Shown here: in pieces, positions 13,226-25,500 of the stretch | Layout of the letters: the number at the start of each line of letters is the position of its first letter | How positions within the stretch are numbered: the first letter of the stretch is position 1 | NCBI GenBank assembly: GCA_043228905.1 | Contig: JBHGNT010000009.1 | Location: forward strand, 1,302,001-1,366,000 | Source: Azolla caroliniana | Lineage: Eukaryota > Plantae > Polypodiophyta | Reading direction: 5' to 3' | Length of the DNA stretch: 64,000 nt | Notes under the pieces: model-generated | Told to the model about the DNA's origin: nothing | Databases searched by the model: none | Seen by the model: the letters and a program-made list of their open reading frames with translations, nothing else | Position numbers and translations under genes: made by a program

Positions 13226-14448
13226 TGTAAGATCGGGGGTGCGCCTCTATGACGATGACATTACTGCTCGATGCCGTGGCATTAGCAATGATACATAACA
13301 CTACTATCATCATGTTCAGGCTCAATGCGGGCATTGCTTCTAAGATGATTATGTATTTATTTGAAGGAAGTTTACATACAAGCAATTGGTGTGTTATTGG
13401 GGGGTAATGAATGTAAGGGATCATTATATATTGTTTTAATTGTGGTAAGATATGGGGTTGATTCTCTAGAATTAGCACATCATCATTATTTATTGCTCGC
13501 ACATTTGACCACCCACTCCCCCCCTAACATAATGGGTGCATCTTCATTGGTGCATCAAGTATAAGGTGTGACTAATAGATGTCTAAAGGTTTAATGTAGT
13601 AGCACAATTTGGTGGGAGAGTGGGTTAGGAGGCTAAGAGCGGGCTAATAGATTGGTGTAGAAAGAAAGGGTTGGGGTCAAGGTGTAGTTGTTAGTGGTTA
13701 AGGCATGTGCATAATAGCATTGGAGGTTTGTGTGGTGGATGCGAGAGAGTTTCGAACAGATAATGTGCGAGGGGTTGTGAGCATTCGAGCAAATTCCACA
13801 CGTGATGTTAAAAACGTAGTGTCGCATGACACTTTCATTGCCACTCATATCCAAGCGAGTGTCACGCAAAGAAAGGGACAAGGGCTGAGAGAGAGAGCCC
13901 AAGAGACAAAAAAGGTGTACATTAAATGTAATTAACTTTAGTCTACAAGAAGTAGACAAGTGAAATTATTAACGTCTTACCTCTTCATCTTCCTTCTTCT
14001 TCACTTCTCTCTCTCTCTCTCTCTCTCTCTGACATTAAACTTCGGCCCTCTTCTCTACTCTCAAGTTTAAGCCTTAAAGCACTCAATCTAAAGTGCTTAA
14101 AGTTCCAACTTATTGTAAGAGCTTGGTTGGCCTAAACCACTTGTGTGATAATAGAGGTGTAGACTTTCTGGATTTATGCGATAAACTACTACCTACATGG
14201 GGTTAAGTCTTAGCCCCACTTCTTTATTTGTATTTGTGTTGAGAGTAAGAGTGAGGAGAGGATTACCAAGCTTAATAGCAATTAAAAGAAATTCAAATCA
14301 CTCTATTGATAAATAAATTAAGTTTAGATCTCCCAGTGTTATTGAACTACTTATTCAAATCTTGAAACAAGTATAACCAACACATTAAACAGAACGCTCT
14401 CGATGATAACCACGAATGTGCACAAATGAAATGTTTAAAGAGTATTCA

Positions 14449-15021
14449 TCAATAGTAGAGATCGAGGTCGAAGGAGAGGGTCCAATGTGCGGGTGGGATA
14501 TGGTCAATGTAAACAAGCTTCGATGTAGCGACGCCACGGGCGGCCAAGAAATCTCCGGTGCCACCCACGACGGGCAAGTAGCGGACCGCAAGTGGCTCGT
14601 ACTCTTGTCCCAAGATTGCGATGGTACCCTTGTATTTGCCAGACGTAATGGTGGCGGTGAAGATGTGTAGGAGGGCATAGTAGTGCTTCGAATTGATGAC
14701 CCAAATACCTTGGGCAACTCCGATTTGGGTCGAGTTGGGTGACGGGCCCGTTGTTATAGGTGCCTCGAACGTGGACCGCACCCCGAAGCTAAACGGGTTT
14801 GGTTGGCTCAAGTTGAAGGGTAGGGCACTATAGACTGAAGTAAAGACCGAGTTGTTGACGGCCGGGTTGTAGACCTGGTTGTGGAAGTAGAATACGAATC
14901 GGTTCGGGCCATTGGGGGGCTTTCGGCGCGCCTCCACCACATTACCACTCAATGTCGACGCGAAGCAGAGCACGACCATTAGGGTTGCGCCGACAGTTGT
15001 GTTCATCCTCAATGAGGCCAT
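14449..15021 (-). CDS. Dirigent-family secreted protein, 190 aa, intronless
   Basis: Likely start MASLRM followed by a hydrophobic signal peptide. Dirigent motifs FVFYFHN, FG..FEAPIT.GP..NS..IG.AQG and VRYLPVVGGTGDF..ARG; N-glycosylation sequons; TATATAAA on minus at ~15154-15161. Confidence 0.92.
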   Translation of the reverse strand: MASLRMNTTVGATLMVVLCFASTLSGNVVEARRKPPNGPNRFVFYFHNQVYNPAVNNSVFTSVYSALPFNLSQPNPFSFGVRSTFEAPITTGPSPNSTQIGVAQGIWVINSKHYYALLHIFTATITSGKYKGTIAILGQEYEPLAVRYLPVVGGTGDFLAARGVATSKLVYIDHIPPAHWTLSFDLDLYY

Positions 15022-15433
15022 TGCCCCTCTAAAGATGATTATGTAGAATTGAAGAGCAAAAAAGAGTTTTGTAGAGAGTATGTAGCTATGATAATTGGTA
15101 GTAGCTATTGGTTTGTAAATAAGGGGTGATGAAGAAGGGTGAGGGGAAATGGGTTTATATAAAAGGTCTTGTGTCTTGTGTCCTTGCCCCTTGGGGATTG
15201 GTGGGGGCTGACGTTGGGGAAATGGCACATGGTTCCTAATTTTCTATTGACATATTGAAAACCTCTCCTTTTATCGCGGCAAGGCCAGATCCTTTAACAC
15301 ACACATCGTGGCCCCCCTATTACAAGAAAACCTTTAACACACATCGTGGCCCCCCTATTACAAGGACATATTGTCTTAGAGGGACACCTTCTCACTCAAT
15401 GACACTAGAAACTCTTAATTTTTCCTCGCCCAT

Positions 15434-15612
15434 CCCTCATGGTGTACACAAAGTTCAAGGCTTGAAAGTCCCATTTTACACACAACGTGCATTAAGTGCA
15501 ACATTACAGAGACTCGTTTTCCTCCCTCATGGTGTACACAAAGTGCGAGGCTTGAAAGTCCCATTTCACACACGACGTGCATTAGGTGCAACATTACAGA
15601 GACTCGTTTTCC
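15434..15612. repeat. 90-bp tandem duplication in the dirigent upstream region (also a ~40-bp duplication at 15291-15365)
   Basis: ccctcatggtgtacacaaag...gagactcgttttcc occurs at 15434 and 15524, each copy with an ACGTG core. Confidence 0.8.
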
Positions 15613-16473
15613 CCATGGGCATCATCTTTGAGATTAGAACATCAATGTTGCATCATGTTACTATATAAATGCTTTTGCAACTCTCTTGACATTGAAGTAT
15701 CTCATTCCACCCATGGGCATTAACTTCATAACGACATTCATATTTCTTTTGGTTATTATATAACCTTTCAATATTGTATGCTAATAGATTATGGGTGTGC
15801 CTAGGTATATTATCAGTTTTTAGTAATGCTAGGCTTTTGTATAGATTGTGGTAGACTATTTGTAGATTAGACGGTTTTCTTTTATTTTCATTAAATAAGC
15901 AAGATTTTACATGGGGTCTACAACACCATAGGTCTCAATTATATCATAGTTTTGTAAAATTTGTACTACATTTAGTGTCATATTTCTTATTGAGACAAAA
16001 TTGGAGATGCACACCTCACATGTTATAGTCTATGTGATGCATGGAACTACAAAAATTTCTTCCTCTTTGAATTGTTAAATTGCTCTCATCCTTACATGTA
16101 TACCAGCCCATTCCCTTGTTCTCCATCCACACAATAACTTCATCATGGTTCAGCTCACATTTTCACGGCTTTGCGATGGGATGTTGGGAAACTCAGTGTT
16201 GACCATGAACATTTGAAAATGTTTGTGAATATTAGTATTTAATCGTAGTGTAGTGTTCCTCCATCAACCAAGGCTTACAAGATCTAAGGGCAATGTCCCC
16301 TAACATAATGGGTGCAACATGCTAGTAGGAGTGAGTTTAGGATGGGATTCTTGGTGGCCTATTTTAAATCAAGGACTTGCCTTAAAATAACTTGGATATT
16401 TTTTTCCTGTTGTCCCCTTAAAAATAAGTCATTATTATTTAGAGATGCTTGCTTCTTGCTTCAATGGTTCAAT

Positions 16474-17360
16474 CATAGATTGACATATTCGCATTCGTCG
16501 GGTTTCCCATTCGAATGCAAACGAATACGAATACGAATGGGCAGTCAAGTATTCGTTTAAACCCCCCTCCCTAAAAAATTAAAAATTAAAAATTAAAAAA
16601 ATTCCTAGGATAAAAAGAAAGGAACTTAACAATAAATAGGGATAATAAAAGAGGGACTTTGGGGACTTGACAATTCCAAATTTTTATAATAAATGTATAA
16701 CTTATAAGTATTCGTTTTATTTTTAATAAATAAATAAAATAAAATAAAGGCTCATTAATTTCTCACTTTTTATTTCCTCAAAATTTATGGATATTTTTAT
16801 CTTAAAATTAAAAATAGTACTTCAAACTAATCATATCTTCAAAGTTCATATTAAGTAGTAATCATATTTGTATAATAAATTTAAAAATATTCGTTTTTAA
16901 ACAATTAATTAATTAATTAAAATAAGTTTCATAAACTCTCTTGTTAATAAATAAATAAAATAAAATAAAGGCTCATTAATTTCTCACTTTTTATTTCCTC
17001 AAAATTTATGGATATTTTTATCTTAAAATTAAAAATAGTACTTCAAACTAATCATATCTTGAAACTTCATATTAATTAGTAATCAGATTTGTATAATAAA
17101 TTTAAAAATATTCGTTTTTAAACAATTAATTAATTAATTAAAATAAGTTTCATAAACTCTCTTGACACTATAATCTATTAATGAATAATTGTTTTTTTTG
17201 GTGAAATACATTTATTTAAATAAATATATAATTTTTTTATATTTATTTTACAAAACGAATGGTTTTTTAATATTCTTGGGGCCATTTTGTATTCTCGAAT
17301 ATGGAGAATATTGCGCATGGAGAATATCACGAATATCACGCATGTGTCAGTCAATCTATG
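16474..17360. mobile_element. Non-autonomous hAT element (MITE-like), 887 bp
   Basis: 11-bp TIR CATAGATTGAC...GTCAATCTATG with a perfect 8-bp TSD GGTTCAAT (16466-16473, 17361-17368). Subterminal CGAAT/ATTCG motifs and an internal ~220-bp tandem duplication (16724-17164). Confidence 0.93.
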
Positions 17361-19496
17361 GGTTCAATGTATTGAAGCACCTTTTTTTCTAGAATATATA
17401 TCATCTTATTTTACTTTAATTTATACTTGGCACCTTTTTCACAAATACTTTTCTAAAATATATTTCATTTTATTCTACTTTAATTGGTATCTCTTTCTCC
17501 CTATTTCATTTCAAAGTAAGACTTAAAAGTCTAGGTTTGAAGTTAAGACCCCTACACTTTAAGCAATTGGGTTAACAATTTCTTTATTGTTCCGCATTTT
17601 CTTCTATGTAACTATAAAGAGACTTAATTCCTAGCCAATAAGGGACTTGGTTTCTATTGCTGAAGAGAGGAATATTAAGGGATGACTATTACTATGAAGA
17701 GGGATGGCTACCGTGAAAAAGAGGGATAAATGCATTACCATATATTCATAATCAATGTGATTTGGTTTCCAGAAAGATTTGAGAATTTCAATTCAAATTT
17801 GGGTTTTTTTTGCCAAGATTAATATGGATTACTTTTTGTATCAATCTTTGTTTGTTGAATATTAGAAAATGTTCTTTCACGTGTATTATCGATTGTAGTT
17901 GTGGTAATTTCATAATTTGGATGCATTTAAAGTATAGCTTCGCTTCCAATACATTTTCACTAATTCAATATTCAAGTTCTTCTCTAATGAACTACTTGAT
18001 CTTGGAACCATATATTATCAAGATGGAAGACATTCTTAGTGAAAAATAAAGAAGAAGAAGAAGAAGAAGAAGAAAATAACTACAAAATGCATAAAATATA
18101 TTACAAGAAAGCATACCTTATATGAGAAACATGGCAAATGTTTGAGTGGAATGGACTTGAGATTCGTGATCCTTATTAAATATTGAGAAGCTTCTTATTG
18201 AACTTTAAGAGTTGCCTTAATACTCAGGCACAAATGAAATGATTCCAAATCTATATCTAAATAAATGATTGGAGGCATGTTGGCATTGACATGGTGAGAT
18301 ATTTTGAGTCACTCAAATAATTATAGATAATCGCATGATGAAGTAACCATGTTCCATTCTATGTATATATGATCCCAATCTTCTATAACAAGTAAATCAT
18401 CAATACATTTGTGGTCAATAGTCTTCACGGTTGTTGTCCAAGTACTCACAATACATGTATGGGTGATTGATAAATTGTTAAAGTTGAATTCCATCTTGTA
18501 ACTACATGAACTAGGCAAGGTGGTTCTTGTTTTAGAATGTATTCCAAAAATGGCAGTTCTTGATTGAGAATGTTTTCCAAAAATAGCTCTACAAACTTTA
18601 GGGGTGCATTTAGAATAACCTCTAATGCAACTTTACACTAAGATAATATGTATGAACCATCATGCATCTCAACATATGCGATGCATTTACAATGTATTTT
18701 CCTTGGTGTCTTTGCAACAATCTAGCCAACTTCGTGAATGTGATTCGAGCATCATTAGCATCATCTAATGTTGTGAATAAAAACCATGAAGAAACACCAG
18801 ATTCTAGATGAGTGAGCATAAGTTTCACCTTATGTTTTTCCTACTCCATCTCTAGGAAATACATCTAGAAAGTCTAGTAAGAGCATAGAAATTGGCAAAG
18901 AGACCCAATTTAAAGTCACTAGATAAAATCCTTTCGAACTACACATTTGTATATCCTCTAGCATCCTTGTTACGTGGAATGAAAGATTGTTGTGCATCAA
19001 GTTGCAAACTTCTTGTACATGCATTCACGCCACCAAAGACAATGACCCCCCCCCCCCCTTGCATTTTAAATAAGTAATATCCTCTTCTTGATTGACAAAA
19101 TGTTGACCTTTATTCAAACAAGCATAAAAGTTACAATCTTGACCAGGAGTGTAACATTCAACAACAAATGTGGACATATTACTTAGTATTTCTATTTTGA
19201 GCCATATGTCACATTTATGTTCATCATTTTTTTGATCGACTCACATTTCTTACTTTTGCCAAGGACATAATCAAGATTCGAACTCTTCACCTCTTGTATA
19301 TAGTCAAGTGTTATGTTCTAACCAACACATCCAAATACATAATGATGTTATGTATATCTTAATATATTAATACTAGATTATCTATTTCAAGTTGTAGGAG
19401 TTTTTAGAAAGTTCTAGAACTAGAAGGTTCTAGAGGGTTCTAGAATATTCTCCCAAATATTCTCGAGAATATTCTAATGCATATACTTCAACTCGC

Positions 19497-21305
19497 AGTA
19501 TAAATACTTGTAACCTCCTTAGTCCCTTTCAAGGGATTCAACGCCAGTCATTGACATATCAATCTAGAATTCTTCTTTAGCCCCATCTTCTCTCCTTGAT
19601 TTACATCTTTGTCTTTATGCTCTTGTATTGTTCCTAGCGTCTTAAGGTCCTCATCTCGTCGCTCCCAACTTCCAGAGTTTCTAGCCTCATCACGTTTAGT
19701 TCCATGTTCGTAACCTTATCAATCATAGCCTCATCATCTGTGCTTTGTCGTACTCTAGGGTTGGTGTGTCCGTGACCGTTTGAATCCCTTCCAACTAGAA
19801 GCACCACCCGTCTTCATCGTTGACCTTGCTTCTAGAGTTACCATCCTCACCATCCTTGATTCCAGAGTTACCGTCATCAATATCCCTTCGTTTCTTCTCA
19901 TCCCTTCTCATCATCTTCCTCGCCATCTCTATCTCATAGTTTCTTCTCATCGTTGTCTTTGTCTTTTAGTTTCTTCTCATCATCGTCTCTGTTTTTTAGT
20001 TTCTTCTCATCCTCCACATATCTATCGAGCTGTGTTTCTTATCATCATCATCCCTACCTTTTGCGCTTCTTATCATCTTCCACATCCCTATCTCTGTGTT
20101 TTTTGTCATTGTCATCCTTCTCCTTGTGTTTCCTACCGTTTTCATCTCTATCTATGTGTTTCTTATCATCATCATCCCTATCTATGTATTTCTTATAATC
20201 TTCATCCCTGTCATTGTGTTTTCTATCATCCCTTATATATCTATCTTTGTGTTTCTTTTTATCCTCAACGTCTCGATCTCTGTGTTTCTTATCCTCTTCA
20301 TCTATTTCTCTATTTCCATCATTGCCAGTCACACTTATTGCTTCTAGAGATGCTTCCTCAACATCATTGTCTTCATTGCTTCGTCTTCGACATCATCATC
20401 TTCAACACCTCCTGGTGTCATCATCAACACTACTTTGCCTCGCCTTCATTGACGTCAAGTGTCCCAGTTCCTGGTGAGAACCGCACATGGTACGCTCATG
20501 CCCGTTGGTCTGCTAGCCTCCGGTGAGGACCACAAATGGTCGCTCACGCCCGTTGGTGTTTGTGTTCCTTGTGAGGACCGCACATGGTCTCTCACGTCTG
20601 TCGGTGTTCTAGTTCCTGGTGAGGACCTCACATGGTCGCTCACGCCCGATCGTGTCCAAGTCTCCGGTGAGGACCACTCATGGTCACTCACGCCCGTTGG
20701 TGTTCGTGTCTATGGTGAGGACCGCACATGGTCACTCACGTCCGTTGGTGTTCGTGTTTTCGTGAGGACCACTCATGGTCGCTCACCCCTGTTGGTGTTC
20801 GTGTCTCCGGTGAGGACTGCACATAGTCGCTCACGCCGTTGTTGTTCGTGTCTTCGGTGAGGACCGCACATGGTCAGCCACTCCTCAACCTTCTCTAGTT
20901 TTCTCTTTAAGCTCTTCCCTACACCACACTTCCGAAAAGGCGGTCATAAAGGGGAGGATATTGTCACGGACATGACGGCCATGCTTTCAAAAAGGCAGTC
21001 GTAAAGGGGAGGATAATGTCACGGAGTATAAATACTTGTAACCTCCTCAGTCCCTTTCAAGGGATTCAACGCCAATCATTGACACATCAATCTAGTATTC
21101 TTCTTTAGCCCCATCTTCTCTCCTTGATTTACATCTTTTTCTTTATGCTCTTGTATTGTTCCTAGCGTCTTAAGGTCCTCATCTCGTCACTCCCAACTTC
21201 CCGAGTTTCTAGCCTCATCATGTCTAGTTCCACGTTCGTAACCTTATGAATCATAGCCTCGTCATCTATGCTTTGTCGTAGTCTAGGGTTGGTGTGTCTG
21301 TGACA
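19497..21305 (+). mobile_element. Non-autonomous LTR element, probably derived from Tcn1/chromovirus
   Basis: Direct repeats 19497-19777 and 21026-21305; the second LTR starts TGTCACGG at 21017 after the PPT AAAGGGGAGGA and ends GTGACA. A duplicated PPT/LTR start lies at ~20948-20970. The left LTR boundary may extend to ~19345. No coding domains. Confidence 0.8.
20473..20875. repeat. 48-bp minisatellite, about 8.5 copies
   Basis: The unit ccggtgaggaccgcacatggtcgctcacgcccgttggtgttcgtgtct recurs at ~48-bp spacing. Confidence 0.9.
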
Positions 21306-22534
21306 ATTTCCCTCTCAATCAAATATGCCATCCTCATTGTCCTTTTCATTGTCTTAGATTTTTCGGCCATATCAAAGATCGTACATTGTGTTTACCTAAA
21401 CCTTGATTCCTTTGAGTTTCATGCCCTCATGTTTCAACAAGAATTATGACATCCAAGTCATAAGTCAACTCCTCTATGCCAAATCCCACATTCCATGGGC
21501 ATCCATTGTAATTCTAAAAGCATAGTCGTAGAATACGTAAATTAGTCCCATAGGTCATGCGTTCAAATTTATCTACGAAGTTTCCATTTTTAGGCACATC
21601 CTTAACTTTAATTTTCAAAATTTCCTCTATGTTTTATGATGGGAATTTTGTTGTGAGTAGCACGATCTTCACTCAAAAAACATTGCCTACCTTTGAGGTA
21701 CACCAAACTATTTTTAAGTATGATCCTTTGCTTTGAATTATTTGTCATTGTCATACAATATGACTTTGTCCCAAATGAGCAACACGTTTCCCAACTTTGT
21801 GTGCCCCATAAACATTCACATCTAATAAATGACCATAATACATACTAAAGAATTCACCAATGACCTTTCCAAGGGATGCATGTGTTTCCATACTCTCCTC
21901 TTTAATCCCATGGATGTCAATTGTCCTTGATCATCTTTCATGTTCTTTCAATTCTTGGAGGTCTATGCGTTTTACATTAATCTCTTGATTCATTACATGC
22001 ATTATAGGCGAGTTAGATCCACATCCCTACCACATATATCCGTTTATGACTTTGTTCTGCATACATTTTTCATCTCACTTACATCCTAACTCATTATGTC
22101 CATTTTTTCCTCCTATAATGCTTCCTTTAACTCAAACTTGTTTAAGAGCTCATTTGTCTCTAATTTGGTTTCCTTACATGCTTCAATCTCATCTTCAAGT
22201 TTTGCAACCATTTGCTCAAGACCCTCATTCGCAATAACAACAACATGTAGTATTGCAACCATTTGCTTAAGACCCTCATTCTCAATAACAACAACTTTTA
22301 ATTTTACATTCTCATTCATTAGTTGTCCTAATATCTTCACCTTGCTTGTTTATGGTTCCTTGAAGAGCATTCAAATATTTATAATTATTTTCTCCATTAT
22401 TGTTGAATCTATTGCATTAATATCAAGAATAATTGGTGATCTTGGTTCATTATTGATCATAGCCACACACTTTGTTGCCCCCCTTGTGAGTGTTTGCCAT
22501 TGTTTCCATTGGAGTATGTTTTATATGTAGTGTC

Positions 22535-25500
22535 TGTTGGGAATATGTCCCTCCAGTGGGAGGATGATCCGATTGTTCAGAAAGCCGACACTCGAAGAGT
22601 CGGGAAACAGGAGCCGAGTTGACGGCCTCGGCCGAAACCGGAATCGAGTAAATAGCCAACTTGTCAATAGTTTAAGTGTGTGCCCCATGAGGGCTATGTA
22701 TGTAAATAACCAAAAAGTTGCATAAGTATATATGTAGCTAGGGCAAACTTTTAGGTAACACAGTGTGTAAGAACAGAGGTAGTAGAAACAGAGAGAGAGC
22801 GTGAAAGAGAGAAGTGTGAGCTGCGCCAAAGCTGTGTGAGTAACAAAAGACGCGAAGAGCCCTGTGCGTCTGATACACTCAATAGAGTGTTGTATTCCTC
22901 TCGGTGTTGTATATTCACTTTGTATAGTGAAGTTCTGTTCATGTGGTTTTCCCCGTTTTAGGCTTTCCACGTAAATCTCTATGTACATCTGTTTATCTTG
23001 TCTTTCTGGCCCTTCTTGTGATTCGTATTTCAGCGCGTAGTTCGTTTATTGTGATCTATTCCGCATCGATTTCTCAACAAATTGGTATCAGAGCTTGAGG
23101 TGCAAGCATGGAAGGAGGTGTGAGCGGTTTCCCAGGTATGATAGTTCTCAACTCACAGAACTATGTAGACTGGAAGATCAAGATGGAGGACCTTCTCATA
23201 GTCAAAGACCTGTAGGAGCCAGTCGACAGAGCAAAAATACCCAGGGGGGTATTGGAGTCGGATTGGAAGCTTTTGAATAGGAAGGCGGTGGCCACAATCC
23301 AACAATGTGTCGATGTAAGTGTCCTTCAGCATGTGGCGAACGACACGAATGCCCACGAGATGTGGCAGAAGCTGTCGTGTTTGTACAAGAGGAAGAACGT
23401 GCTAAACAGAACCTCGCTAATGAGAAAAATCGTACGGTTGAAATACAGAGACGGTGAGAGCATCGTCGAACATATCAGCACGTTTATGGGGTATGTAAAT
23501 CAACTTGTTGTGACCAAGTTTCCCCTGGATGACGCAATGGAGGCCATCCTGTTGATGTGCACACTTCCGGAAAGCTGGGAGAACCTAGTGGTTACTCTCT
23601 GCACCTCCTGTCAAGAAGAGAACTTGTTTCTACAGACGGTGAAGACAAGCATCCTAAACGAGGAGGCAAGGAGGAAAGACAAAGGAGTCTTGTCCCAAAC
23701 GGAGTCGACTTTGACTCAACAGATGGACAGAGGAAGAGACCGGTGAAGAAGAAGTCCGTAGGGAACGGACAAATCCCATGCCAGATTGAAGTCCAGAGGT
23801 AGGAAAGCTTGACGATAAAGGCTACAGTGGTAGCTTTTGGAATGGCAAGTGGAAGTTCTACCGAGGAAACCTCATAGTGGCTCGAGCACAGAAAGAAGGC
23901 ACATTGTACATGATGCATGCCCGACTGTGCAAATTGGAAGTAAACGTGGCAGCCGACTCGGCAGGAGAGATATGGCATAAGAGGCTAGGCCACATGAGTG
24001 AAAAGGGAATGCACCTGTTAGCCGACCAGAAACTTCTACCAGAAGTCAAGGGAGTGCACCTAGAGTAGTGTGTCGACTGCTTAGCCGGAAAGCAGAACAT
24101 GACGGCATTCCACTCGAGACCACCAAGGAGAAGAGAGAAGCTGCACTGGAACTAGTACACACGGACGTGTGCTATGTGGATGCTCCATCGCATCGAGGTG
24201 GACAATACTTTGTAACGTTTATTGACGACTATAGTCGGAAAACATGGCCTTCGTACTGAAGTCGAAGGATCAAGTACTGTCGATTTTCAAGGAGTTCCAG
24301 GCAAGAATGGAAAGAGAGTTGGGTCGGAAACTGAAGGTTGTCTGAACTGACAATGGTGGCGAGTATAAAGGGCAGTTCGGAGAATACTGCAAGAGCCAAG
24401 GTATTCGAATCGAATACACAGTACCAAAGACCCCAGAGTTGAACGGGCTTGCAGAGAGGATGAATTGAACGATCATGGAAATAGTAAGGACCATACTCTC
24501 TCATGTGAAACTGCCGAAGTTGTATTGGGCTGAGGCGTTGTACACAACTGTTTATCTGATCAACAGGTCTCCCTCAGTGCCATTAAAGGGTGATGTCCCA
24601 CAAAGGGTGTGGACAGGGAAGGATGTTTCCTACCAACACCTGAGGGGGTTTGGATGTTTGGCGTATATGCATGTACCAAAGGATCAGAGGTTAAAGCTTG
24701 ACAGCAAGTCGAAAGCATGCATATTCATGGGATACTCGAAAGATGAGTTCGGCTACAGGCTATTGGACCTAGTCGACAAGAAGGTAGTGAGAAGTCAGGA
24801 TGTAGTCTTTCTCGAAGACAAGACAATTGAAGACTGGAAGCAATAGAAGTCGGAACCGACTCCCTAGTCAACCTCGACTACCATCAACTTAAGGCCAAGT
24901 GAGTTGTCACCAACAGTTGTAAGGAGACAGTTGGCCGACAGAGCCGAATCCGAGTCGGTCGACTCGGAAAGATTGACAGACTATGAGTCAGAGTTGGCAG
25001 AGCTGCTGAAGTCAATTGATGAATATGAGTTGGAGTTATCCAACTCATATAATGCCGATTGACAAGCAAAATCCCGAGCAGAGAGAAGAGTTGGCAGAGA
25101 CATCCAGACTGGAGCCAAGAACGAGTGGACGAAGATACCCACTCAGAGAAAGGAAGGCACCGATTACATATGCCGGTCAATATGTCCTCTTGACTGATGA
25201 CGTGAACCAGAGTGCTATGAAGAAGCCATTGCCGACGAGAGCAAAGAAAAATGGTTGAGCACGATGCAAGAGGAGATGGAATCCTTGCACGCGAATTACA
25301 CCTATGACCTAGTAGAGCTGCCGAAAGGTAAGATAGCACTCTGGAATAAATGGGTCTACAAGGTGAAGACTGGAGAAGTTGATAGCGAGCCCAGGTATAA
25401 AGCCCACATAGTGGTGAAGGGTTTCCAACAGTAGAAGGGCGTCGACTTTGACAAAATATTCGCACCAGTCGTGAAGATGACATCCATTTGAACTATTCTG

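Noticed and set aside
15022-15228. 69-aa N-terminal extension of the dirigent ORF
   Set aside because: It spans the TATA box and 5' UTR; the signal peptide follows the ATG at 15021.
18200-19050. Possible decayed DNA-transposase fragment on the minus strand
   Set aside because: Only weak hints, with no continuous frame or termini.
21400-22530. Coiled-coil-like minus-strand ORF fragments
   Set aside because: Short, degenerate and without a recognisable domain.
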